Below, piece after piece: positions 38,895 through 49,978 of a DNA stretch of 64,000 bases; positions within the stretch are counted from its first letter, which is position 1, and every line of letters begins with the position of its first letter. The position numbers and the translations under genes are program-made. The notes beneath the pieces were generated by a model. That model was not told the origin of the DNA. It saw only the letters and a list, made by a program, of their open reading frames with translations, and did no database searches. The stretch lies in NCBI GenBank assembly GCA_963727625.1, contig CAVSHR010000009.1:32001-96000 (forward strand). The letters run 5' to 3'. This DNA comes from an uncultured delta proteobacterium (GTDB lineage: Bacteria > Desulfobacterota > Binatia > UBA9968).

Positions 38895-40025
38895 TCACAA
38901 GGCTATGTCCTTGCGAATATCCTCACCGTAAGCTTGCTCGACTCGCTCGAGATTTTCGTCTGGAATCGCGCCCTTGGGAACACGCACCATCAGACGCAAA
39001 TAAAGATCTCCCGCGGGGCTACGGCCCCGCCCCTGCACGCCCTTCCCTTTAACCCGGAGCGATTGGCCGCTCTGCGCACCCGCTGGAATTTTTACTTGGA
39101 CGGCACCTATCGGCGTCGGTACCCTGATCGATGCCCCACGCACAGCCTCGCCGACGGTAATCGGCAATTCCATGGTAAGATCGTTTTTAGTGCGGCTGAA
39201 TAACGCATGAGACCGCACCCGAGGCATCAAGTAAAGATCACCAGGCAGACCGCCGCGAACGCCGCTGGCGCCTTTACCTGGAACCCGAATTCGTTTGCCC
39301 GTCTCCGCACCGGGAGGAATATTGACTCGGACGTTTTCCGTACGCACGACGCGTCCAGCGCCACGGCAATTTGCGCATGGGCTACCGGCTAGTTTACCGC
39401 TGCCGTGACACCTCGGGCAGGTCTGGCGTAAGCTAACGGATCCCTGGCGGATTTCTTTCCAGCCCGTACCGAGGCATTCGCCGCATTGTTTTGATCCGGC
39501 CTCCGCTTTCGATCCAGTGCCGCCGCAGAGATCACATGGGACCGGCCGCTGGATCTGTAAATTTGTCTGAAAACCGCGAACGGCGTTGAGAAAATCAATT
39601 TCGATTGCCGTCTCAATATCCTCGCCGCGCCGAACCGATTCTTCCGCAAACGGCCCGCTGCCGCCGAACAAATCTTCGAATCCGCCAAAACCAAAAAAGT
39701 CGTCGGGGCGTCCTTGCGCGAATCTGGAACCGCCGCCGGTTTGCGCCGATTGCTCTTGCCATCTTTGATAGGCCCTGGCCTTTTCCGGATCAAATCCCGG
39801 ACTCAGCCCTTCTTCGCCGAATTCGTCGAAGCGCTTGCGTTTCTCCGCGTCGCCCAAAACTTCGTAGGCTGACGAGATTTCTTTGAATTTCTCTTCGGCG
39901 CTCCGATCGCCGGGATTGATATCGGGATGATAGCGGCGCGCGAGTTTTCGGTAGGCGTCGCGAATTTCGTCCGCGCTGGCCGATCTCTCGACGCCGAGAA
40001 TTTTGTAGTAATCCTTGCGTTCCAT
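38895..40025 (-). CDS. dnaJ: DnaJ family chaperone
   Basis: J-domain with HPD, G/F-rich region, four CxxCxGxG repeats, C-terminal domain. Confidence 0.88.
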   Translation of the reverse strand: MERKDYYKILGVERSASADEIRDAYRKLARRYHPDINPGDRSAEEKFKEISSAYEVLGDAEKRKRFDEFGEEGLSPGFDPEKARAYQRWQEQSAQTGGGSRFAQGRPDDFFGFGGFEDLFGGSGPFAEESVRRGEDIETAIEIDFLNAVRGFQTNLQIQRPVPCDLCGGTGSKAEAGSKQCGECLGTGWKEIRQGSVSLRQTCPRCHGSGKLAGSPCANCRGAGRVVRTENVRVNIPPGAETGKRIRVPGKGASGVRGGLPGDLYLMPRVRSHALFSRTKNDLTMELPITVGEAVRGASIRVPTPIGAVQVKIPAGAQSGQSLRVKGKGVQGRGRSPAGDLYLRLMVRVPKGAIPDENLERVEQAYGEDIRKDIAL

Positions 40026-40159
40026 TACGCCTCATCGCGCGAATAAAAACGGGACATTCACGCTTTCTTGCTTTGCGCCTCGCTAGAGTTCTGCGGCACC
40101 GGCGAAGAGCATACAGTTCCCTAAACCCCTGCCGGATACAAATTTACTTAATATATTTC

Positions 40160-40231
40160 AATTTGGGTTTGTTGACCCCTCTTGTCAAGCTGCTGCGCTG
40201 GCTTGACAGGCGATAGAACCGTACTTAACTT
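40160..40231. promoter_or_regulatory. Back-to-back candidate promoters for dnaJ (-) and hsp20 (+)
   Basis: Inverted TGTCAAGC-N10-GCTTGACA. Plus strand TTGACA-N17-TAACTT; minus strand TTGACA-N17-CAAATT. Confidence 0.5.
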
Positions 40232-40269
40232 TTCTCTAGTCAGTCAAATTCCTGAAAGGAGGAACATTT

Positions 40270-40716
40270 ATGGATTTAGTAAGATGGGAACCGTTTGAGG
40301 GTTTGAATCGAATTCCGTCGCGCATCAACGATTTATTCGACGATACCTTCGGCCGGTCGCGGACTCTGCCAAATTCTGCCAATGGGGTGTGGTTTCCTCC
40401 TGTAGACATACTGGAGAGCAAAGATTCCTACCTCATTCGCGCGGAGCTTCCGGGAATGAAAAAGGAAAACTTTAACCTGGAAGTCAAAGACGGCACGCTG
40501 ACCCTCAGCGGTGAAAGAAAGTCCGAAGAAGCAGCCAATGGCGTCGAGTATCATCGGGTGGAGCGAGTTACCGGAAAGTTTGTCCGGTCGTTCTATCTAC
40601 CGCAGACGGTAAAAAGCGACGACATCAAGGCGACCTATCGTGACGGTATTCTCGCGGTTCACGTGCCTAAGGCCGAGGAGGCTAAACCGAAGCAGATCGC
40701 GATCAACGTTCATTAA
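40270..40716 (+). CDS. Small heat shock protein (Hsp20)
   Basis: MDLVRWEPF, PPVDILE, AELPG and ATYRDGILAVHVPK; AGGAGG RBS. Confidence 0.94.
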   Translation: MDLVRWEPFEGLNRIPSRINDLFDDTFGRSRTLPNSANGVWFPPVDILESKDSYLIRAELPGMKKENFNLEVKDGTLTLSGERKSEEAANGVEYHRVERVTGKFVRSFYLPQTVKSDDIKATYRDGILAVHVPKAEEAKPKQIAINVH

Positions 40717-40740
40717 TACCTTGGGGAATCGTGGGTAAGA

Positions 40741-40781
40741 ACTGACAAGGGAAAGCCTTCAAGCTTCCTCTTGTCGGTTTT
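40741..40781 (+). terminator. Probable intrinsic terminator after hsp20
   Basis: Imperfect hairpin ACTGACAAGGGAAAGC..GCTTCCTCTTGTCGGT followed by a T run. Confidence 0.55.
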
Positions 40782-40966
40782 ATGCTAGCGTTATTATTGC
40801 GCGCGCCGGCGCGCAGATTAGGTGATGCCCCCCGGTCAGCTCGTTGTCTCTCCTTATCACCGATCGAAAACGCGCGTCGCTACTATTTCAATGGGCGAAG
40901 ACGACATTGACGTCAGCTCTGAATTGGCGGCCTGCTCTCTCCATCAGTAGACTTTCACCCGGCCAT

Positions 40967-40998
40967 AAAAAAGGCGCCTGATTGCTCAGGCGCCTTTT
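40967..40998 (-). terminator. Intrinsic terminator after groL
   Basis: AAAAGGCGCCTGA-TTGC-TCAGGCGCCTTTT perfect stem; the A run reads as a U tract on the minus strand. Confidence 0.85.
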
Positions 40999-41023
40999 GG
41001 GTTAGCGGTCTTTGCAGGACGAT

Positions 41024-42661
<1,638 letters not shown>

Positions 42662-42952
42662 TTATTCGACAACGCCGAGGATGTCATCCTCGCGCATGAT
42701 CAGATGCTCCACACCATCCAGTTTGATCTCCGTGCCGGAATATTTGCCAAAAAGTATCTTATCGCCGCTCTTCACACCGAGAGGAATGAGTTTGCCATCT
42801 TCATATTTGCCCGGACCGACCGCGATAACTTTGCCCTCTTGCGGCTTCTCTTTCGCCGTATCCGGGATAATGATACCTCCCTTGGTTTTTTCCTCTTCCT
42901 CGATTCGCTTCACGATCACCCTATCATGTAGGGGACGAATTTTTGTCGCCAT
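42662..42952 (-). CDS. groS: Co-chaperonin GroES
   Basis: [21 protein letters not shown] and KYSGTE; GGAGG RBS before MATK. Confidence 0.98.
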   Translation of the reverse strand: MATKIRPLHDRVIVKRIEEEEKTKGGIIIPDTAKEKPQEGKVIAVGPGKYEDGKLIPLGVKSGDKILFGKYSGTEIKLDGVEHLIMREDDILGVVE

Positions 42953-43012
42953 AAAACCCCTCCTGAAATAAAACGTAGATTTAGATTCCTGCAAAACAGG
43001 TTAGATGCGGCA

Positions 43013-43041
43013 AATTTAATCTTGCATCTGAAATCGTCAAG
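43013..43041 (-). promoter_or_regulatory. Candidate groSL promoter
   Basis: cTTGACG-N16-TAAATT. No CIRCE element seen. Confidence 0.45.
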
Positions 43042-43104
43042 GGGGGAATAGCAAAAATCTGAACTTTTTTTTGAGCAGCAGCTCTGAATTAGGGTCGGCA
43101 TGGA

Positions 43105-43457
43105 GCAGCGCGAGGGTTGGTATGAAGACTACATGTCTCGGACCCGCTATTTCGTTTAACATCGGCCCCCAAGAAGGCATAAAATTCGATTTTTCCACCG
43201 TGCCGCCACCCTTAGAAATGATGTCCAGGAGGAACTGATCGGAATGCTTATTCATGATCGCCCCATTGCTGTGGTCGGTCGGCGCGACCGGCAGCGAAGC
43301 AGCCGCCTGCCGTCGCCGTTGCCTCGCTCCCCTTGGCAGGTCAAAAGTGGGTCGCATAGAGCAATCTTCCCTACGCCTGATTTTGTCCCCAGCTGACTGA
43401 GCCAGTAGCGATGACTGCCAATATCCAAAGCCCCGGCGTAAAAGGAGCTCATTTCAT
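43105..43457 (-). pseudogene. Degraded class I cytochrome c gene
   Basis: Across stops and frameshifts it reads MK*..LWILAVIATGSVSWGQNQA*GRLLYATH/LTCQGERGNGDG/AAASLPVAPTDHSNGAIMNKHSDQFLLDIISKGG..FMPSWG. The CxxCH motif is eroded; the axial Met (MP) remains. Confidence 0.7.
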
Positions 43458-43618
43458 CGCAGGGTTGTCGCCTGCCGTATCGCTATCTTCGCTATTGGCT
43501 ATCAGTCATTTAGCAAAACTGACAGAGCCGTCAAACACCAAATTTAGCAGTCTAGGCATTCTCCCCAAAGGGTGATAAGCAACACGAGCGATATTCATCG
43601 CAATTGAGGGGGCCGACC

Positions 43619-44239
43619 ATGATCAAGATCTGGGGCAGAACGGATTCGTCCAACGTGCAGAAAGTATTGTGGTGCTGCGGCGAGCTTCGCATTGAGTTCG
43701 AAAGACTGGATTGGGGCGGGAAGTTCGGTGGGAACAAGGACCGGGATTATCTAGCCATGAACCCGAACGGCCTGGTGCCGACGCTTAGGGACGGCGACTT
43801 TGTCCTTTGGGAGTCGAACAGCATCTTGCGCTATCTCAACGCCAAATACGGCGCTGGCAAGCTGCTTCCCTCGACCCCCGAGGGAATGGCCAACGCCAAC
43901 CGCTGGATGGACTGGCAACTTTCTATTTTTAATGGCGTCATCGTGCCGCTATTCTGGAACTTGATTCGGACTCCCGAGGACAAGCGTGACCCCAAAGCCG
44001 TACGAGGCTCCCTAGAGAAAACGGTCAAGGCCTGGCAGACGGTCGAGGACCAACTGGGAAAACACCGCTATCTCGGCGGTGAAGAATTTTCCCTGGGTGA
44101 TATCCCGCTCGGCGTCTGGGCCTATCGTTGGTTTAACTTGCCGATCGAGCGACCCGACTTTCCGAAAATCAACGACTGGTACGAGCGCCTCAAACAGCGC
44201 AAGCCCTACCAGACGCATGTCATGATCCCGTTGTCTTAA
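43619..44239 (+). CDS. Glutathione S-transferase family protein
   Basis: WGRTDSSNVQKVLW, NPNGLVPTL, WESNSILRYL and RWMDWQ motifs. Confidence 0.92.
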   Translation: MIKIWGRTDSSNVQKVLWCCGELRIEFERLDWGGKFGGNKDRDYLAMNPNGLVPTLRDGDFVLWESNSILRYLNAKYGAGKLLPSTPEGMANANRWMDWQLSIFNGVIVPLFWNLIRTPEDKRDPKAVRGSLEKTVKAWQTVEDQLGKHRYLGGEEFSLGDIPLGVWAYRWFNLPIERPDFPKINDWYERLKQRKPYQTHVMIPLS

Positions 44240-44460
44240 GTTTCTAGTTTATCGGGCCGAAAATCTCTGCTGTCATGGCGACGGCTTGCGACTCGTAAGC
44301 TTGCTGGAGATTTGTTGAAACCATTGGGACGGCGTCGATGCCAGAGGGCGCATCCTTGGCAAAATAGCAGCCCCGCGCAGGTTGTTGGAGCAGTCGGCTA
44401 CACCACGCCGGGAGGTCAATGAGCTAAACGAAGTACACGGGTCATCTGTCCCGTAGCGCC

Positions 44461-45876
44461 TCAATCTGACAGAGGCAGCGTAATTTCAATTTTGGTGCCG
44501 TGGCCGGAACTGTTAGTGAGCACGATTTTGCCGCCGTTTCTTTCCAGGAATTTTTTCGCCAGCGGCAGGCCGATACCGGTTCCATGTGGTTTGGTGGTAA
44601 AAAAAGGATCGAAGACGCGCTCGCGGTTTTCCAAGGGAATCCCCTCGCCGTCGTCCTCGATTGTTACCTGTACCGCATTGCCGTCACTGTTGTGGGTGAC
44701 CGATCTCGTGCGGATCGTTACCATGCCGCCCTTCGGAGCGGCTTCCAGCGCATTGGTAATCAGCACCATCAAGGCTTGCTCCAAATGATTCATATCGGAT
44801 GTGACGCTAGGCAGGTCCGGATCGAGGACCAGGTTTGATTGCACGCCGGCGTCGCGAAAGCGTGAGCCCATCGTGTCGACCACGTCGCGCACCAGCGCAT
44901 TGACTTCCAGCGCGACAGGGTGCGGCTCGAGAGGCTTGGCGAAATTCAAAAGACCTTGCATCCGTTTTTGCACCCGGTCGACCTGGCGCAAGATGTTCTG
45001 TAAATTATTCCGCGTTTTAGGATTCGTCTCCGCCCCGTCGCCGGAGTCGGATTCGAGCAGTGCGACCTGGGCCGCGGCCCGAATCGACGATAGCGGATTA
45101 CCGATGCCATGAGCCACCGCGCCAGCCATTTCGCCCACCGCCGCCATACGTTGGGAGGCAATCAGCTCGGTTTGCATCTTAAGCAGTTTCATTTGCTGCT
45201 CATCTATCTGGCGTGCGGCTTGGCGCATGATCGCAAACAAGGAAAAATAGACCAGCAAGCCGCCGCCGAGAGCGCCTAAAAGTACAACGATTCTCGCTTC
45301 GCGAATTTGCTTGAAAATCGCATCTGGGCGACGGTAGGTTTCGAACACGCCCAGCAGTTCTCGTTGGTTTTCCGCATAAATCGGCACATAAACTTGGACT
45401 GCTGTCAACGAAGCCCTCCCCCCCTTGGGATTCTCGCGCTCGCCCATGGAACCCAAATCTGAGAGCACCATGCCGTGCAGCGCTTTCTGAAGCTTGGGAT
45501 TATCGGTAAAAGACTTGCCGACCAGCCGTTTATCATCCGACCAGACAACGACTCCCTTCGGATTGTAAACCTTGAAGCCGACGATCTCCGGCGCCAAGCG
45601 CATGTAATCAAGCAGGGTGACAAACTTATGCCCTACCGACTTGCGGTCCCGGGCTTTAAAATCATAATCTTCGAGAAACTTTCGTACGTCGGCGCGAACC
45701 ATCTGCGCCGTGGTTTTCCACTCCTGTTCGAGGATCTGACCGATCAGATAGTGTGAAACGACAAGCCATAAGACCGCGCTCATCAGTCCAATGCAAAGAA
45801 AACTATAGACGGCAAACCGGGTGGTGAGGCTGGCGCTGGCGAATAGCGATCTGAGCGAAGCGTTAGCGGGCTTCAT
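44461..45876 (-). CDS. Membrane sensor histidine kinase
   Basis: Two TM segments, H-box VAHGIGNPL, N-box NALEA, DDGEGI and FFTTK..GTGIGL. Confidence 0.9.
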   Translation of the reverse strand: MKPANASLRSLFASASLTTRFAVYSFLCIGLMSAVLWLVVSHYLIGQILEQEWKTTAQMVRADVRKFLEDYDFKARDRKSVGHKFVTLLDYMRLAPEIVGFKVYNPKGVVVWSDDKRLVGKSFTDNPKLQKALHGMVLSDLGSMGERENPKGGRASLTAVQVYVPIYAENQRELLGVFETYRRPDAIFKQIREARIVVLLGALGGGLLVYFSLFAIMRQAARQIDEQQMKLLKMQTELIASQRMAAVGEMAGAVAHGIGNPLSSIRAAAQVALLESDSGDGAETNPKTRNNLQNILRQVDRVQKRMQGLLNFAKPLEPHPVALEVNALVRDVVDTMGSRFRDAGVQSNLVLDPDLPSVTSDMNHLEQALMVLITNALEAAPKGGMVTIRTRSVTHNSDGNAVQVTIEDDGEGIPLENRERVFDPFFTTKPHGTGIGLPLAKKFLERNGGKIVLTNSSGHGTKIEITLPLSD

Positions 45877-46140
45877 GGACCTGTTCAAACACCCCTTACA
45901 CCGGCACGCTAACACCGGCCGGCGCCACCGGTCAATCGGCGGACACCAGGGGGATGAACCGCCCTTTTTAATGACGAGTGGACGCACTAGCCCGGACTCG
46001 CCCCGGGAGGATCGACATGCTCGCAAAAGGCTCACGATCTGAAAAAATAATTCGAAAGGACTTGTGTGGCGGTGAGCTGCGCGGTGTCGACACCCCGCGG
46101 TCGCACAGCTCAAGCTTTTATCAGTTGGCGACCTTTCAGG

Positions 46141-47166
46141 TCAGCGCAACTTTCCGCCCTCGGCCAAGCGCATCACTGCGTCGATAACTTGGCCGACATC
46201 CGGAATCATCGCATCGACGAGCGGCGGGCTATGGGGCGGCGGAATCGGTTGGGCCGCCACGCGCACTACGGGGCCTTTTAGATCAGAGAATAAATTCTCT
46301 TGGATCAGCGCGGCAAGCTCCGCGGAGAGGCCGCCGATCATCGGTCCTTCATCCAATACGATCGCGCGTTTGGTTTTTGCCACGGAGGTGAGAATCGTTT
46401 CATTGTCCAATGGCGCAAGCGAACGAAGATCGACGATTTCGATGTCGATGCCTTTGGCTTTGAGCTGTTCCGCGGCAGCGTCAGCTTTCAAGACCATACC
46501 GCCACAGGTAACGATGGTTAGGTCTTGGCCGGCGCGCCGCACCGCGGCTTTGCCGATCGGCACGGTGTGATCTCCCTCCGGCACCGGGCCGCGGATGCCA
46601 TAAAGATGATGGCTCTCGAAGCAGAGCACCGGATTGGGGTCGCGGATCGCGGAAAGCAATAACCCCTTGGCGTCCGCCGGCGTGGTCGGCATGATGATTT
46701 TCAGACCAGGAAAATGAATGAAGGCGCCGTGATTGCAACTCGAATGGCTCGGTCCGCCGCCCGGGCGCGTGGCGAACTTGGTGCGCACCACCATTGGCAC
46801 ATTAACCCGCCCGCCGGTCATATAATGATAGCGCGCCGCATGTGACGCTAGCTGATCCATGGCGAGCGGCAGCAAATCGGCGAACTGAATTTCTACCACC
46901 GGGCGCATGCCATTGATCGCCGCGCCCACCGCGAGACCGACCAGCGCCGCTTCGGAAATCGGCGTGTCCAAGACCCGGCGCTCGCCGAATTCCTGCATCA
47001 GACCGCGCGTGACGCCGTAAGCGCCGCCGAACAGAGCGACGTCTTCACCCATGACGAAAACCCGTTCGTCGCGGCCCATCTCATAACGCAGGGCCTCGCG
47101 CAGGGCTTCCTGGACGCGCATCTCTTTAACCGGCACTTGTGTTCCCGTGGTCATCGGTTTAGCCAT
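46141..47166 (-). CDS. 2-oxoacid/acetoin dehydrogenase E1 beta subunit
   Basis: GEDV..GG, DTPISE, EIQFAD, HS and DLRSLAPLD motifs. Confidence 0.92.
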   Translation of the reverse strand: MAKPMTTGTQVPVKEMRVQEALREALRYEMGRDERVFVMGEDVALFGGAYGVTRGLMQEFGERRVLDTPISEAALVGLAVGAAINGMRPVVEIQFADLLPLAMDQLASHAARYHYMTGGRVNVPMVVRTKFATRPGGGPSHSSCNHGAFIHFPGLKIIMPTTPADAKGLLLSAIRDPNPVLCFESHHLYGIRGPVPEGDHTVPIGKAAVRRAGQDLTIVTCGGMVLKADAAAEQLKAKGIDIEIVDLRSLAPLDNETILTSVAKTKRAIVLDEGPMIGGLSAELAALIQENLFSDLKGPVVRVAAQPIPPPHSPPLVDAMIPDVGQVIDAVMRLAEGGKLR

Positions 47167-48139
47167 GAGCCGCCTCCGTCGCCGCGTAAATGCTGCTTAG
47201 ATCGACTTCTTTTTGGGGCAGCGGCGCCGCTTCCGCGCGCTTGGCCACTTCGTTAAGCTCCGCGTAAACCGCAGCAGAACTTGTTGCAAATTCCTGCTCG
47301 GTTAAATTTCCTTCTTGAATTAGTTTTTCCTTGAGGCGCTTGATCGGGCACTTTAGTTTCCACGCCTCGATCTCTTCTTTGCTGCGATAGCCCGTGCCTG
47401 GGTCGCCCCCGAAGTGGCCGTCCCAGCGATAGGTGATGCATTCGAGAAACGTCGCGCCGCCGCCGCTGCGCGCTTTGGCCGCCGCCGCTTGCGTGGCTAA
47501 ATAAACGGCTTCGACATCGTTGCCGTCGATCGTTTTGCCTTCGAATCCGTAAGCCGCCGCGCGCTCCGACAAATGCTTGATCGCTACGCTTTTTTCCAAG
47601 CTCACGGTCATCGCATATTGATTGTTCTCGCAAACGTAGATCACCGGCAGCTTCCACACTCCGGCGAGATTCATCGCTTCATGAACCACGCCCTGGTTGG
47701 CCGCGCCGTCGCCGAAAAAGCTCGCGACCACCTCAGCGGAACCGCGCACCTTCGCCGCCAGCGCCGCGCCGGTGGCGGTGGGAACAGTTCCCCCGACGGT
47801 GCCGGTATTGCCGATAAAGCCAAAGCCCATGTCGCCCATATGCATTTTGCCGCCACGGCCTTTTGAATAACCATCCCCGCGTCCCATGCACTCGCAGAGC
47901 AAAGTGTAAAGATCCGCGCCTTTGGCGATGAGATGGCCGGTGCCGCGATGATAGCTCGCGATCAGATCAGAATGCTGCAAAGCCGAACAGACGCCCGCGG
48001 CAATCGCCTCCTGGCCCCGGTAGGAATGGGTGCTGCCAAACATCGCTTTACGCTGGTAGAGCTCTTCCAGCTTCTCTTCGAATGCCCGCACCAGAATCAT
48101 TTGCCGCAGCATTTGCTTTCGTTTAGCCACCTCAAGCAT
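47159..48139 (-). CDS. 2-oxoacid/acetoin dehydrogenase E1 alpha subunit
   Basis: GQEA, HRG, ThDP motif FGDGA..N, ENNQY and TYR..GH. Confidence 0.92.
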   Translation of the reverse strand: MLEVAKRKQMLRQMILVRAFEEKLEELYQRKAMFGSTHSYRGQEAIAAGVCSALQHSDLIASYHRGTGHLIAKGADLYTLLCECMGRGDGYSKGRGGKMHMGDMGFGFIGNTGTVGGTVPTATGAALAAKVRGSAEVVASFFGDGAANQGVVHEAMNLAGVWKLPVIYVCENNQYAMTVSLEKSVAIKHLSERAAAYGFEGKTIDGNDVEAVYLATQAAAAKARSGGGATFLECITYRWDGHFGGDPGTGYRSKEEIEAWKLKCPIKRLKEKLIQEGNLTEQEFATSSAAVYAELNEVAKRAEAAPLPQKEVDLSSIYAATEAAHG

Positions 48140-48477
48140 GCAAGGCTCCTTTCATGGCTCGAAATGAAATGTCTCCGAGGCCGTAGTCTCGTTACTTGTT
48201 AGTTGGACGAACCGGACTTGTCAAGGCAAGGAAGTTTCAGATCGGGTAGGCTCGAATCGCGTATCGCTGTGGAAGAAAGAGAGCGGAAAAGGACGGAAAA
48301 GTTATTGGTTTAACAGGCTGTCACCGCATGCCGTGGGCGCGGGTCAACCTTGACAATCGGCGAAAACAACCAAAGGGCACGGACCGAACGGGGCTGCCTT
48401 CCACCGATGGGGTGCGCCAAGCTTAGGGCGCAATCAAAGGACCGGCGGGGTCACCCGTCGCCGAGCCAATAGCCGCG

Positions 48478-49968
48478 CTATTTTATGAAAAAGCTCAGAG
48501 ACTGGTGGGTATATCGAACCAACGGAGCAAAGTAGATACCGAACAAGACCGTCAGTGCGGTAAGCGGCAATAGAAGTGTAAAGTTGAAATCTGTGGCTTT
48601 GACCGCGATGGCTTTGTCTTCGGGATTCGGCGTGTCAAGGAACATCGTTTTGACGATGTTTGCATAGTAATAAAGTGACACTACGCTATTAAGAGCCGCC
48701 ACGACGGCCAGCGCCGCAAAGGCGCCGCCTTGCTTGATCACCGCGGAGAAGAGAAAAAACTTGCCGATAAAGCCGGCAAAGGGCGGCAAGCCGGTGAGCG
48801 AAAAAAGAAACACCGCCAGGCAAACCGCCGGTACGATCGCACCGCGCCATGCGAGGCCGCGATAGGTTTCGATGTCTTCATTCCCCGCCACGTTTGCGAT
48901 CATGCCGATGACCAAAAAGGCGCCAAAATTCATAATCAGATACACCACCAAGTAAAAGAGAATCGCGGACAGGCCGTCATTGTTCAAAACCGCCAAACCC
49001 ATAAGCATATAACCGGCGTGGGCGATACCTGAATAGGCCAGCATGCGCTTGAGATTTCTCTGATTGAGCGCGCAGAGGTTGCCGACGGTCATGGTCATCA
49101 TGCTGACAAACAGCAACACATGAGGCCACTCGACGCCCGAGATAGAGGTCCAGTCGCCGTCCGGCACCATGCGCGAGACGCCGGGGAAAAAAAACCGAAT
49201 CATGATCGCGATGCCTGCCGCGTTGGACGCAACCGAGAGAAACGCCGTGAATGGCGTGGGCGCACCCTGATAGACATCGGGCGACCACATGTGGAAAGGC
49301 ACAAAGACAATCTTGTAACCGAAGCCGGCCATGATGAAAACAAATGCCATGAACAGCGCGCCTTTGTTGATCGCGCCTTGCGACAACGCGGCTTGAATTG
49401 CCGAATATTCGAGACTGCCGGTCATGCCGAAAATCCAGCTCATGCCGTAAATCATCGTCCCGGAAGCCACCCCGCCATAGATCAAATATTTTAAAGCCGC
49501 TTCGCTGGAACGGCGATTGTGCGGCAAAAAGCCGGTTAATACATAGGATGTCAAGCTGACCAGCTCGAGCGACAGATAGGCCATCAGCAGATTGCTCGCC
49601 GAGGCCATGAAATAAATGCCGAGAGTGCAGGTGAGCAAGAGCGTGTAATATTCACCCTCGTGCACCTGTTTGATCTCCTTGCTGCCGAGGGACATCAAAA
49701 CGCAAAGAATCGCCGCTACCACCGCGATGACTTTAAAAAAGAGACTGAAGTTGTCGAGGATCATCATCCGGTGGAACAACCATCCGGGCGGCGCGCTGTA
49801 AAGATCAAAAGTCGCGATCAGCGACACGACGCTGCCGGCCAACGCGATCAGGGCGAGGCTGCGCTTGGCGCTGACCACGAGATCGAGAGCGATCAGGAGC
49901 AAAATCGTTCCCGAAAGAATGAGCTCCGGATAAAAAAAGCTAAGACTCGCGACGTTCTTTAGATCCAT
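48478..49968 (-). CDS. nuoN: NADH-quinone oxidoreductase subunit N
   Basis: EAALKY, PFHMWSPDVYQGAP and KRMLAYSGIAH motifs. Confidence 0.95.
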   Translation of the reverse strand: MDLKNVASLSFFYPELILSGTILLLIALDLVVSAKRSLALIALAGSVVSLIATFDLYSAPPGWLFHRMMILDNFSLFFKVIAVVAAILCVLMSLGSKEIKQVHEGEYYTLLLTCTLGIYFMASASNLLMAYLSLELVSLTSYVLTGFLPHNRRSSEAALKYLIYGGVASGTMIYGMSWIFGMTGSLEYSAIQAALSQGAINKGALFMAFVFIMAGFGYKIVFVPFHMWSPDVYQGAPTPFTAFLSVASNAAGIAIMIRFFFPGVSRMVPDGDWTSISGVEWPHVLLFVSMMTMTVGNLCALNQRNLKRMLAYSGIAHAGYMLMGLAVLNNDGLSAILFYLVVYLIMNFGAFLVIGMIANVAGNEDIETYRGLAWRGAIVPAVCLAVFLFSLTGLPPFAGFIGKFFLFSAVIKQGGAFAALAVVAALNSVVSLYYYANIVKTMFLDTPNPEDKAIAVKATDFNFTLLLPLTALTVLFGIYFAPLVRYTHQSLSFFIK

Positions 49969-49978
49969 AGCCGAATTT

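Noticed and set aside
42953-43100. CIRCE/HrcA operator before groS
   Set aside because: No TTAGCACTC-N9-GAGTGCTAA match; only a short AGATGC..GCATCT inverted repeat of unclear meaning.
44273-44464. 63-aa ORF overlapping the kinase stop
   Set aside because: No motif, no RBS, not a receiver domain.
45877-46140. Riboswitch upstream of the histidine kinase
   Set aside because: GC hairpins are present (e.g. GAGCTG..CAGCTC) but I recognise no riboswitch consensus.
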